A stretch of 64,000 bases of DNA from Octopus sinensis (lineage: Eukaryota), in NCBI RefSeq assembly GCF_006345805.1, contig NC_043010.1:30380001-30444000 (forward strand), given 5' to 3'. How positions within the stretch are numbered: position 1 is the first letter of the stretch; each line of letters opens with the position of its first letter. The notes beneath the pieces were generated by a model. It was not told where the DNA came from. It saw only the letters and a program-made list of their open reading frames with translations, and did no database searches. Below are positions 41,581 through 53,007 of the stretch, one piece after another. A program made the position numbers and the translations under genes.

Positions 41581-41886
41581 GTGGCGGCACATGGCCTAGT
41601 GGTTAGAGCAGCGGACTCGCGGTTGAGGGATAGCAGGTTCGAATCTCAGACCGGGCGATGTGTGTGTTTATGAGCGAAATACCTAGACTCCACGCGGCTC
41701 CGGCAGAAGGTATTGGCGAACTACTGCTGACTCTTTCGCCACAACTTTCTCTCATTCTTTCCTCCTGCATCGAACAGCTCACCTGCGATGGACCGGCGTC
41801 CCGTCCAGGTGGGGAACCTATACGCCAAGGAAACCGGGAAACCGGTCCTTATGAGCCAGGCGTGGCTCGAGAAGAACAAACAACAA
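41581..41886 (+). mobile_element. Full-length tRNA-derived SINE with V-domain-like core; 5' part also at 3503-3665
   Basis: TGGCCTAGTGG A box, GGTTCGAATC B box, cctgcgatggaccggcgtcccgtccagg core, (AAC)n-like tail. Confidence 0.8.
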
Positions 41887-43829
41887 CTTTACTAACAATA
41901 CAATATGAAGGCTCATGTCAGTGAATAATGTAAAAAGCTACTTTTGCTTTACTTTTCTGTTGAAACCCCGTAATTTTAAAACAAATGAAGCTCATTTTCG
42001 TCATTTATGTCAAATCAGAATAATTATATTTAGAAGTACAAATCCACAACACTTAAACAGGCTAAAACAATACAAGGCAGAGCTTCCGGTTGAGCATCTT
42101 CACCTAAAACTTGTACAAAATTTCTTCTGAAAATCCTTTCTGATATTGGTTTTTAATATTCGAGATTGGAAATTCCGGAATTAACATTCTTAAGTTATAA
42201 GTGACCCACATTTATATGTATATGAAAAATAGTAGCATACAGTGCTGAATCATAGCATAAATCGTTACTTGCAGCCCGATTTAGTTAGCAACCCTGCACA
42301 AGTAAAAGTTTCTTTTGTATTTATATATGAAACATTACGTTAGACATGTCCGTTTCCACATTATGGTAATCACACATACTATTTATATCTCCATAGAGGC
42401 AGTATAAGCTCTAAATTAACATATCTCCATGTAAACAGTACTAGCTCTAAATTTGTCTACATGTAAGCAGTATTAGCTCAAAACATCTCGCGAGAAACGT
42501 CACTGCTGATCTTATTGATTTTTATGATCTTTAGTGTTATCATATAAATTTCACATTGACTGGCTGCAACGGGTTTTTTTATTATCATTTTGGGCTGTGA
42601 AGTTAATGTGAGGGATGTATAACCACTTTCTGGACTGCTTTTTTTTTATTAATATTGTGTATATCATTGATGTAGTAATATCTTAGACTGGTGAATTCTC
42701 CATCGTTGTCGACGACGAGTATTGTGTCGTTCAATCAACTGAACTGTTTATTGAACTAATGCGAAGTTGGCTCAGTAATCCACAGATACGTGTACTTTGA
42801 ACGCAGTTTCCAGGCTGAATCAACGCCACGAAGCTGGACCTTCGAATCAGGTACAATACAAAGAAAGAAAGAACTGACTCATATGTTAGACTGGTATTTT
42901 ATTGATAACAAGGTTGACCTAGGTGGGATTCGAACCTAGGCTACAAAGAGTCAGCAAAACAGAATGCGTTCTGGCTCTGTGTGTACTGACGTTCTGATTT
43001 AACTCCTCTTTCTTGAAATATGCAATTTCAGAATGTCTTCGTTTACTTATGTAAACTTTGCAGCTTTGATAAAATTTCTGGGACCGTAATACATTAAAGA
43101 TTGTAAACAGATTTACCAAACAACATTATAATTATGATAACAACAATAATACACACACACATATAAAGTACGTGTGTGTGCACGTATATGCATATTTGTG
43201 TGTGTGTGTGTAACGGATTCGATGCATCGTGGTGACCAATTACATATGTAATATGTAGAAGTTAACAAATGTAATGGTAGGAAGATCGTGAACGAAATTG
43301 ACGACCCAACTGTGACCATTCCGTCTTTCTTCCCAGACATAATGGGCTCTATGTTTATATCACAGGATAGAGGTTTTTCTATTCGGTATATAAAAAAAGT
43401 TTGGTTACTTTTTCTAGCAGGTCATGCAACCTCATACAGGTTCTGTCATTGGTCTGTCTCAGTAATAATTTTGTTGTTATTTAGCCTCAAATCAATCCTG
43501 ATACAGTAAACATATGCTGCTATAAAAACATCTCTTGTTATTAAAGAAGGGTTTTGTTAGGGGAGTGGACCCAGAAGTTGTTCGCAAACAGCAGCAATTT
43601 TCTTCCGCTGAATACACGTCATTGATTGGTTAAAATTACCCAAATACGACAACTTTAACACGAAATAACTTCTAAAATATACAAAATTTTGTCAAAAACG
43701 TTAAGAGTAAACCCTGTTCTATGTGGCACATTCTACCAGTATCCGAATTTTCGAAGTGTTTAGTTAAAAAAAAAATTAATTAAAAAATCTGGCCGTCAAA
43801 TTGAAAAGATCTCGAATTTTCACTCCTCG

Positions 43830-44060
43830 AAGCGTAAAAACCATTTCTGTACATAATACATCTGTGCATAACACAATTGTCTCGAGTAGCTTTGGAAGCA
43901 TTGGGGCCTTGATTGAAAGCGAAGAGAAGCAGGTGTCGAAGACGCTCGTGTTTTTTCTACTTAACGCTCCCTTGTCATATGCCTGAAAAGAAGTAAAATA
44001 TATTCAAATTTCCAAAAACGATAAACAAAAATTGTAGAGGAATAATAACGCTATAAGCAA
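43830..44060 (-). mobile_element. Mariner 5' fragment
   Basis: Minus-strand RHLLLFAFNQGPNASKATRD, typical mariner N-terminus. Confidence 0.6.
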
Positions 44061-44234
44061 AGTAGCTTGTTAAAGTCTCTCTTAGAGATGAAAGTAGTAA
44101 CTATACTGAGAAGTAATGTTTGCCGCCATTTCAACATGGCTGTTCCGTACGAACCGACGTTACTATCACTTGGGATTCAAAAATTGTAGTAACATCGGTT
44201 CGTACATAACAGCCATGGAGTTGCGCATAAAATA

Positions 44235-44407
44235 ATCTAGTCCGGCTTTTACATTTCATGTCCTAATACATTTCCTGCTGTGGCTGTGTAGTCCTATCCT
44301 GGACAAACACTCCCTCTGGCAGGTGCCGCAAATGTAGCGAAGACTGTTCCTGGCTGGTTGTAATGTCATAGTTTCTTGTTGACGTCTTTTCTTGTCTTTC
44401 CATTTTC

Positions 44408-44478
<71 letters not shown>

Positions 44479-44735
44479 ACTCCTTAGTATTCCCTCTTTT
44501 ACGGTACGTCGCCAATCTTCACGGTTGCTGGCAACTGCTTCCCAATTGCTTATATTGATGTTGCAGGCCTTCATGTCCCTTTAGCAAACATCATTGTAAC
44601 GCAAGAACGGTCTTCCCACAGACCTAGTGCCCCTAGCAAGCTCTCCGTACTGTATATCCTTGGGGATTCTGCCATCTTTCATACGGCTAACATGCCCAAG
44701 CCATCTCATACGTCTTTGTGTGAGGAGTGCAAAAC
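44235..44735 (-). pseudogene. RTE/BovB-like LINE 3' end with C-terminal zinc finger
   Basis: RMRWLGHVSRMKDGRIPKDIQYGEL...GRPFLRYNDVC, YICGTCQRECLSRIGLHSHSRKC*. Confidence 0.9.
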
Positions 44736-45171
44736 ACCACGATAAAAATATTTTCCGTATTAATTCAAGTAACATTGGAAAGAAACAAATGAATTAATAG
44801 TAAATACAAATGTCAGTTTTGATAGAAAATCTCATGTTGTAGTTGTAGAGACTTGCTTCTACTGAGTTGTGTAGAAGGAGAAAGGTTATGATGTAAAGCT
44901 CGTGCGAGTTTTGCCATTAATGACAATTTAACTGTCGGCCAGTGGTAGAATGTGTCTCGAACTTATAGCTGTTCTAATGTTGATAACAATGGAATTGAGA
45001 TATGTAGCTAAACTGAACTTAGTTTCACCTGAAATGGTGGTGAATTTGACAGGTGACACTGATGAATTCTCAGCGCAGAGTTCGAGAACAGTTGACTAAA
45101 GCATGAATATTGATGTTTCGAGTCTTGTTGCAATTTCAGACTGTGTTATCTGCGACTTGCATAAAATTATC

Positions 45172-45174
45172 TGT

Positions 45175-45270
<96 letters not shown>
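45172..45270. repeat. (TATC)n microsatellite
   Basis: Visible; similar tract at 2380-2450. Confidence 0.97.
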
Positions 45271-45271
<1 letters not shown>

Positions 45272-46083
45272 ATATGCTATATGTATTTGTGTGTATATAT
45301 ATCTTTTTTTGTGAATAACACCCAACCATTTTAAGTTGTGGAAGTTATTTCCCTTTATATGATTTAGTTTCTTTATTATAAAATAGAAAATTTCTATTTG
45401 TAAATCTCTCAACAAGAGACATTCAGTAACAGTACTCTAGAGTAAAGATTATTTGCCAACATAACGTTTTGTTTGAGAGGGGATGCCTAGCTTCCTTATT
45501 CGAAAATACAAGGACATAGATAGTGTGTCGTATAGCCAGCTGGAGACGATATTTCCTGGGGCTAAATAACAGTAACATTCGTCCTAAACCAGGACTGCCA
45601 CGTTATGTTGGCAAATAATCTTTCTTTATTATTCTTTACGAGCTCTAAGTCGTTCTGTTTATTTTGTGTGTGTGTGTGTGTGTGTGTGCACGCGCGCTCG
45701 CATGTGTGTGTTTGTTTGACTGTTCATTCTACTGTCTTCGTCTCATAAAGGTTAACTAATTTAATTTTCTCGGATTAGATTTATAATGCACTATATGTCA
45801 TCAATATATATTTAATAGGCTATATGTATTTGTATATATATATAATCAAAATAAGCAACAAGGATATCCAAGGTAGAGTAGTACAATTGTTTCATGCTAC
45901 TTCATTTTATTAAACCCTGTAAGTATTACAGCAGTTTTAAAATGTTGAGCAATCTTCAGCCACATATAGCATTTTTCAAATAAACGGACAATGCACATTC
46001 TTATACTTATTTCCTTTGCCATATAGTATATATATATATATAAATATAGATAAGAAAGTTGGTTTGTGAAAGCACGTGGGTGA

Positions 46084-47017
46084 ATATATAGAAAATAGTA
46101 AAGAGTGAAAAAACTACAGAAGGCTTAAATGTTAAAAAATATATATATTTGCGTCAATATGTCTGAAGAATATTAGAAAATTAAAAAAAAAATTTTTTTC
46201 CTCTTATAATGACATAATTTAAAAGAAAGACCGGTTTCGCGTGTAGCTTTTCAAATTTCTTGCGACGTTATGTTTATGTTGAATAGAGTTATCGTTATGT
46301 TTATGTTCAGGAGAGTTCTAAATAAGGGGAGGTAGTGAGTGATTTCTTCCGGTGTAAGGGAGATAATCGCTTAAAAATTTTTTCCTTTCCCTTGGTGTGA
46401 ATTTCTCTGTATCAGTATGTTCGGATGGTTGAGTCTGGGCTTGTACTTTTCAATGGAGAATGTTTCCTTGTTTAGTCTAATTTGTGTTGATGATCCGAAA
46501 GCACATTGGTAAAATGGAAAGATTAAAAATTGTGGTAGTAGTTGCTTTGCGCATTTCTCAATGTGCTCACTAAAAGGTATCATTCTATATTCTGGAAATG
46601 CAATCTGTTGTCGATGCAGTGTGCATCTACGTCTGAGTGATAGTCCCGTGGAGTACAAGCCCAGACTCAACCATCCGAACATACTGATACAGAGAAATTC
46701 ACACCAAGGGAAAGGAAAGAATTTTTAAGCGATTATCTCCCTTACACCGGAAGAAATCACTCACTACCTCCCCTTATTTAGAGCTCTCCTGAACATAAAC
46801 ATAACGATAACTCTATTCAACATAAACATAACGTCGCAAGAAATTTGAAAAGCTACACGCGAAACCGGTCTTTCTTTTAAATTATGTCATTATAAGAGGA
46901 AAAAATTTTTTTTTTTTAATTTTCTAATATTCTTCAGACATATTGACGCAAATATATATATTTTTTAACATTTAAGCCTTCTGTAGTTTTTTCGCCTCTT
47001 TACTATTTTCTATATAT
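46084..47017 (-). mobile_element. 5'-truncated Penelope-like element: GIY-YIG endonuclease C-terminus plus inverted pseudo-LTRs
   Basis: Near-identical ~365 bp arms 46084-46447 / 46652-47017; minus-strand frame TGLSLRRRCTLHRQQIAFPEYRMIPFSEHIEKC...FLIFPFYQ...RLNKETFSIEKYKPRLN resembles the PLE GIY-YIG C-terminus. Confidence 0.8.
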
Positions 47018-47869
47018 AAATATATATATACTAATTCCACTTTTACTTTTTCTACTTCACATATCCCACTATATTTCACTATTACCTTTTATATTCAACT
47101 TACCAAAAGGTGTCATGTATTCAACTTTAGCCTATTTACTTATTACATGACACGCTTATATTGCTACCTAGGTATGCACTACGCGTTATATACCTATATA
47201 TATTTTTCTTTATTGCCCACAGGGGGCTAAACATAGAGGGAACAAACAAGGAGAGACAAACGGATTAAGTCGATTACATCGACCTCAGTGCGTAACTGGT
47301 ACTTTATTTATTGACCCCGAAAGGATGAAAGGCAAAGTTGACCTCGGCGGAATTTGAACTCAGAACGTAACGGCAGACGAAATACACGCTTTTATTGCTA
47401 CCTAGCTCGCCGGCTTTTCGCGTTATATATCTATATATATTTCGTTACTTACCACAAGGGGCTAAACACAGAGGGGACAAACAAGGACAGACAAACGGAT
47501 TAAGTCGATTACATCGACCCCAGTGCGAAATGGTACTTTATTTATCGACCCCGAAAGGATGAAAGGCAAAGTCGACCTCGGCGGAATTTGAACTCAGAAC
47601 GTAACGATAGACGAAATACCGCTAAGGATTTCGCCCGGCGTGCTAACGTTTCAGCCAGCTCGCCGCCTTTTCGCGTTATATATCTTTATATAACACATTT
47701 GCATTAAACAAAATATTTTATTGATCTCATGAATTACATTGTCGTAGCATACAAAGCATTCATACAACTCATTATACAGCTCCAAACTAACTTTATTTTT
47801 CACTTTACACCTACCTTAGTGCTTCTCTACACCCGAGGGAGGTGGTTGTTGTAACAGTTGTAGCGGTAT

Positions 47870-48176
47870 TGATTATGGTGGTAGTTGTAGTAGTAGTAGT
47901 AGTTGGTTGTGGGGGTTATAGTAGAGGTTGTAGTGGTGGTTGTTGGTGGTTATAGTTTTGATGATGGTGGTGGTGGCAGCGGTGGTTGTAGTGATGGTAG
48001 CTGTTGCAGTGGTTGTTGTAGAGGTTGTTGTGTTAGTGGTTATTATAGTTGTGGTAACCAAGTGGGTTTGATTAAATCGATTGCTTCCTTTCCTAAAATT
48101 GTGTGGCCCCTACTCATGTCAGAATTCATAAGTGTAATAGATTATCATGTTCATTGTTAGTAGTAGTAGTAGTAGC

Positions 48177-48275
<99 letters not shown>

Positions 48276-48321
48276 GGTGGTGGTGGTGGTGGTAGTAGTA
48301 GTAGTGGTGGTGGTGGTGACG

Positions 48322-48357
<36 letters not shown>

Positions 48358-48360
48358 TTG
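47870..48360. repeat. (TAG)n/(TGG)n trinucleotide microsatellite
   Basis: Visible. Confidence 0.97.
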
Positions 48361-48772
48361 AATGTTACTCAGTAATTGTGTTGATTGTACTCTAAATAGA
48401 GTTGGCACATATTTTTTATAATTGCTTTTCTAAATATTTTTTTGTTTTTGTTATTGCTGTTTTTGGCGTGAGATTTGATATCAACACGAACATTTCTGAC
48501 AGTTCAACAGGAAATAGATTCGGATCCATATTAGTGCTCATTATTGTGGAATAAAATCGTGTGTGTGTATGTGTGTGTGTGTGTGTATGTATGTGTGTGT
48601 GTGTGTGTGTGCGTGTGCGTGTGTGTGTGTGTACATACATAATGCATACATATATGCATACATACATACATGCATACATACATACATACATACATACATA
48701 CATGTATGCATGCATACATACATACATACATACATACATACATACATACATACATACATACATGTATATATT

Positions 48773-48851
<79 letters not shown>

Positions 48852-49104
48852 ATAAAGGCGACGAGCTGGCAGAGACGTTAGCACGCCGAGCGAAGTGCTT
48901 CGCAGTATTTCGCCCGTCGTTACGTTCTGAGTTCAAATTCCGCCGAGGTCGACTTTGCCTTTCATCCTTTCGGGGTCGATAAATTAAGTACCAGTTAAGC
49001 ACTGGAGTCGATGTAATCGACTTAATCTGTTTGTCTGTCCTTGTTTGTCCCCTCTATGTTTAGCCCCTTGTAGGTAATAAAGAAACATATATGTATGTAT
49101 ATAT

Positions 49105-50180
49105 TGTTACGCCGCCACTTAAGCCCAAGGCCATCCGATTCCACCACGAGCCCTAAGTCGCGACAATGACACTCAGTAAACCGGAAATCCACCACGGGAA
49201 GGGGGGAGGCGGCGAACGCAGTCAGGAACAAACACAACAACAAAAGAAAGAGACATACACAGGCGTTGCCTAGTTCAGCAATTTTTTTTTTTTAACAAAA
49301 CCGAAGCATTCACAACAAAGGTTAACAACATAATACAGAGTTCGAAGAACAAATCATTTGCATTTAAACATAATACAGAGTTCGAAAAACAAATCGTTTA
49401 ACATTTGACACAATACAGTTCGATTTTTCAAGATAAATCATTTTACATTTAACACAAAGTTCACAATCAACAGTCTCTTAGAGTTCCACTTTCCTCTTTT
49501 ATTTTTAACACGACAGTTCTTAAAAAGTTCCTTCTGCTATTCTTTTAAAAACATCTCCAAGTTCTTTTTTTTCTTTTCAACGGTTATGTCGGAGCCTCTC
49601 TCTTTTTTTCATTTCAACAACACATCGTCTCTTCTCTTTAAGCATCGTCTCTTCTCTTTAAGCAAACACAACGTTTTTCTTTTTCTCATTTGAACATCGA
49701 AATTCAAAACACATTAAAAACATTACCGCATGTTTCACGCCTGCAACACTCCTTGAACATCACAACTCCCACTGTTGTAGTCCAGCTTCTTTAAGTGTCT
49801 CTCTCTGCCCCTTCACTGTCATCTTCCTTACTACCTCTCGTCCTGTCATCTCTCACACTCACTGTCTGTCTCTCTCTAGACCATGCTGCCCTTTGTCCCG
49901 TGGATACTCACACTGACCGTCTGTCTTTCTCTCACTGACTGACTCTAACTTAATGCTACTCGTATATATAACGTCGTCCCAGCATTTTTATTTTTTTAAA
50001 CTTTCCATGACCGTGTGGGGCCATAGCTCACTTCCTCGGACCATTAATAATCGTGCTCTTTGACAGGACAAAGGAAATACCATTGTCCCGAACAACTGGA
50101 GCACCGGTTCGATTCCAACTAATGGAACAAGGGGCATAATGTTTTTTTTGTTCGTTTACATTTTCCTTGCGTCCGTAACA
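49105..50180 (-). mobile_element. Solo LTR (1076 bp), probably Ty3/Gypsy-like
   Basis: TGTTACG...CGTAACA termini, ATAT 4 bp target duplication; TATA-like 49963-71 and minus-strand AATAAA 49498-503 suggest minus orientation. Confidence 0.8.
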
Positions 50181-50978
50181 ATATGTTTTAATATTTCGCT
50201 TGGGCATTGCGATAGCAATAACCTGTGTAGAAGTCAATATACGTATGCCTCAGAAAGAAGATTTCGTCGAGTACACAGCGGTATTGAGAAAATGGGATGA
50301 CTAAGGAATAAATTATTAACTTATGAGCTTCATTAGCTTACAGCTGTTTCCACTATAAGTTGTGGTGGACTCATACTTGAGTGCCTGAGTAACACCTTAC
50401 ATTTTCGCTTCATAATTGAAGCTCTCATTAAACGGTAAGGTGTTACTCAGGCATTCAAGTATGTATATATATATTTATTGTTGTGTCTAGAGAGGTCATT
50501 ACGCTATATTTTTTTACTTGTTTCAGTCATTTGACTGCAGTCATGCTGGAGCACCGCCTTTAGTCGGGCAAATCGACCCCAGGACTTATTCTTTGGAAGC
50601 ATAGTACTTATTCTATCAATTACTTTTGCCGAACTGCTAAGTTACGGGGACGTAAACACACCAGCATAGGTTGTCAAGTGATGCTGGGGGGGGACAAACA
50701 CAGACACACAAACATATACACACACATACATATATATATATATATACATATATACGACGGGCTTCTTTCAGTTTCCGTCTACCCAATCCACTCACAAGGC
50801 TCTGGTCGACCCGAGGCTACAGTAGAATACACTTGCCTAAGGAGCCACGCAGTGGGACTGAACATGGAACCATGTGGTTGGTAAGCAAGTTACTTACCAC
50901 ACAGCTACATATTGTTGTGTCTAGATAGGTCATTATGGTAATAAGGAAATATATATATATGTGTGTGTATGTGTGTGT

Positions 50979-51025
<47 letters not shown>

Positions 51026-51309
51026 ATTTGCGATGGTCATCTTTTTTTTTGTAGAGAATAGACTAAGCGGAGTAGGAGGTTACACGTGGACGGAAAAAAT
51101 CGCTGGAGAGGTGACAGATGTGTGACGAAAGATTTCCAGACAATGGATATAAGATAAAATAGGAACAATAATAAACGATTGAAGAACGAATATATAGTGC
51201 GTGTATTTATTTGGCAAAAAGGGGAAAAAAAACGACCGTCCCGAAACATTACCTGTTTCAACACACGGTTTCACAACAAGAATCTTGCAACACAAATTCA
51301 TAAACGTAT

Positions 51310-51372
<63 letters not shown>

Positions 51373-51526
51373 AACCCACGCTGGTGGAAAGGGGAGAACA
51401 GAAATTTTTCTCTTGCATATTTGAGTTAGCTAGCACTGTTAGTTGGGAACAGATCTTCAGAAGCGATAACAAGCCGAAAGGGTATGCTCCCATTTTCAGT
51501 GTTTTCAAACTCAAACAAGGGCATTC

Positions 51527-51579
51527 TGAGCTGATGAGAGAAGGGTCGAATTTGGCTAATCTTGAAACGTACGTACTCA
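51527..51579 (+). ncRNA. Type I hammerhead ribozyme, array copy 1
   Basis: TGAG-CTGATGA(51531-37)-helix II-GAAA(51564-67)-CG TA CG-TA-CTCA; helix I TGAG/CTCA; cleavage triplet GUA, predicted cut after 51575. Confidence 0.9.
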
Positions 51580-52078
51580 AATAACCTTTGCATTTGATTT
51601 TTTAATGTCTCTACCCTCATACTTTCTTGGGTTGAATTGAGCAAGCACTATATGAGAGAGGTTTTCTTTAAGTGTTAGAAATAGTTTTTTTAGCTGCTAT
51701 TTCTAACGAGTTCAGTATGCGGCAAAGTAATTTATTTTACTAAGCCCTTTTATATAATGTAATAATTTGAATTTGCCTTAAATGGTCCCTTTGCATACTG
51801 AATACTTGGTGAAATTGATTAATTAATTAATTAATTTTACCCTCAATTGTTGAAATTATAATTCATCTCTCTCTACTTATTTGTCTTGGATTTTACCGAA
51901 AAAAAGATAGTGTTTGCTGATTTTAACCCACGCTGGTGGAAAGGGGAGAACAGAAATTTTTCTCTTGCATATTTGAGTTAGCTAGCACTGTTAGTTGGGA
52001 ACAGATCTTCAGAAGCGATAACAAGCCGAAAGGGTATGCTCCCATTTTCAGTGTTTTCAAACTCAAACAAGGGCATTC

Positions 52079-52130
52079 TGAGCTGATGAGAGAAGGTCGA
52101 ATTTGGCTAATCTTGAAACGTACGTACTCA
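52079..52130 (+). ncRNA. Type I hammerhead ribozyme, array copy 2
   Basis: CTGATGA 52083-89, GAAA 52115-18, predicted cut after 52126; helix II GAGA-A-GGTCG-AATT-TGGCT-AA-TCTT. Confidence 0.9.
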
Positions 52131-52628
52131 AATAACCTTTGCATTTGATTTTTTAATGTCTCTACCCTCATACTTTCTTGGGTTGAATTGAGCAAGCACT
52201 ATATGAGAGAGGTTTTCTTTAAGTGTTAGAAATAGTTTTTTTAGCTGCTATTTCTAACGAGTTCAGTATGCGGCAAAGTAATTATTTTACTAAGCCCTTT
52301 TATATAATGTAATAATTTGAATTTGCCTTAAATGGTCCCTTTGCATACTGAATACTTGGTGAAATTGATTAATTAATTAATTAATTTTACCCTCAATTGT
52401 TGAAATTATAATTCATCTCTCTCTACTTATTTGTCTTGGATTTTACCGAAAAAAAGATAGTGTTTGCTGATTTTAACCCACGCTGGTGGAAAGGGGAGAA
52501 CAGAAATTTTTCTCTTGCATATTTGAGTTAGCTAGCACTGTTAGTTGGGAACAGATCTTCAGAAGCGATAACAAGCCGAAAGGGTATGCTCCCATTTTCA
52601 GTGTTTTCAAACTCAAACAAGGGCATTC

Positions 52629-52680
52629 TGAGCTGATGAGAGAAGGTCGAATTTGGCTAATCTTGAAACGTACGTACTCA
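52629..52680 (+). ncRNA. Type I hammerhead ribozyme, array copy 3
   Basis: CTGATGA 52633-39, GAAA 52665-68, predicted cut after 52676; identical to copy 2. Confidence 0.9.
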
Positions 52681-52966
52681 AATAACCTTTGCATTTGATT
52701 TTTTAATGTCTCTACCCTCATACTTTCTTGGGTTGAATTGAGCAAGCACTATATGAGAGAGGTTTTCTTTAAGTGTTAGAAATAGTTTTTTTAGCTGCTA
52801 TTTCTAACGAGTTCAGTATGCGGCAAAGTAATTTATTTTACTAAGCCCTTTTATATAATGTAATAATTTGAATTTGCCTAAATGGTCCCTTTGCATACTG
52901 AATACTTGGTGAAATTGATTAATTAATTAATTAATTTTACCCTCAATTGTTGAAATATATATATAT

Positions 52967-53007
<41 letters not shown>

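Larger units (their letters stand above)
51369..52956 (+). mobile_element. Retrozyme-like tandem array: ~2.9 copies of a 550-552 bp unit, each with a type I hammerhead ribozyme, inserted in an (AT)n tract
   Basis: Units start at 51369, 51921, 52471 (ttttaacccacgctgg); the differences I found are three single-base homopolymer indels; (AT)n on both sides; hammerhead core at the same offset in every unit. Confidence 0.85.

Noticed and set aside
41585-41655. tRNA genes at SINE heads (also 3503, 12062, 53351)
   Set aside because: A/B boxes are present but no complete cloverleaf; each continues into a repeated SINE body.
45059-45092. CTGATGA followed by a stem, possible hammerhead
   Set aside because: Second core reads GAGA, the stem consumes core bases, and helices I and III cannot be built.
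46163-46182. CTGAAGA...GAAA on the + strand of the left Penelope arm
   Set aside because: No helix II or III pairing; chance match.
51240-51300. Minus-strand AAC-CGTGT-GTT-GAAACAGGTA, hammerhead-like 3' half
   Set aside because: No recognisable CUGANGA core; too decayed to support.
51371-52745. Repeated 66-90 aa ORFs in the tandem array, or a CRISPR-like array
   Set aside because: ORFs have non-ATG starts, are frameshifted between copies and show no recognisable domain; there is no repeat-spacer structure and the DNA is eukaryotic. The conserved signal is the ribozyme.
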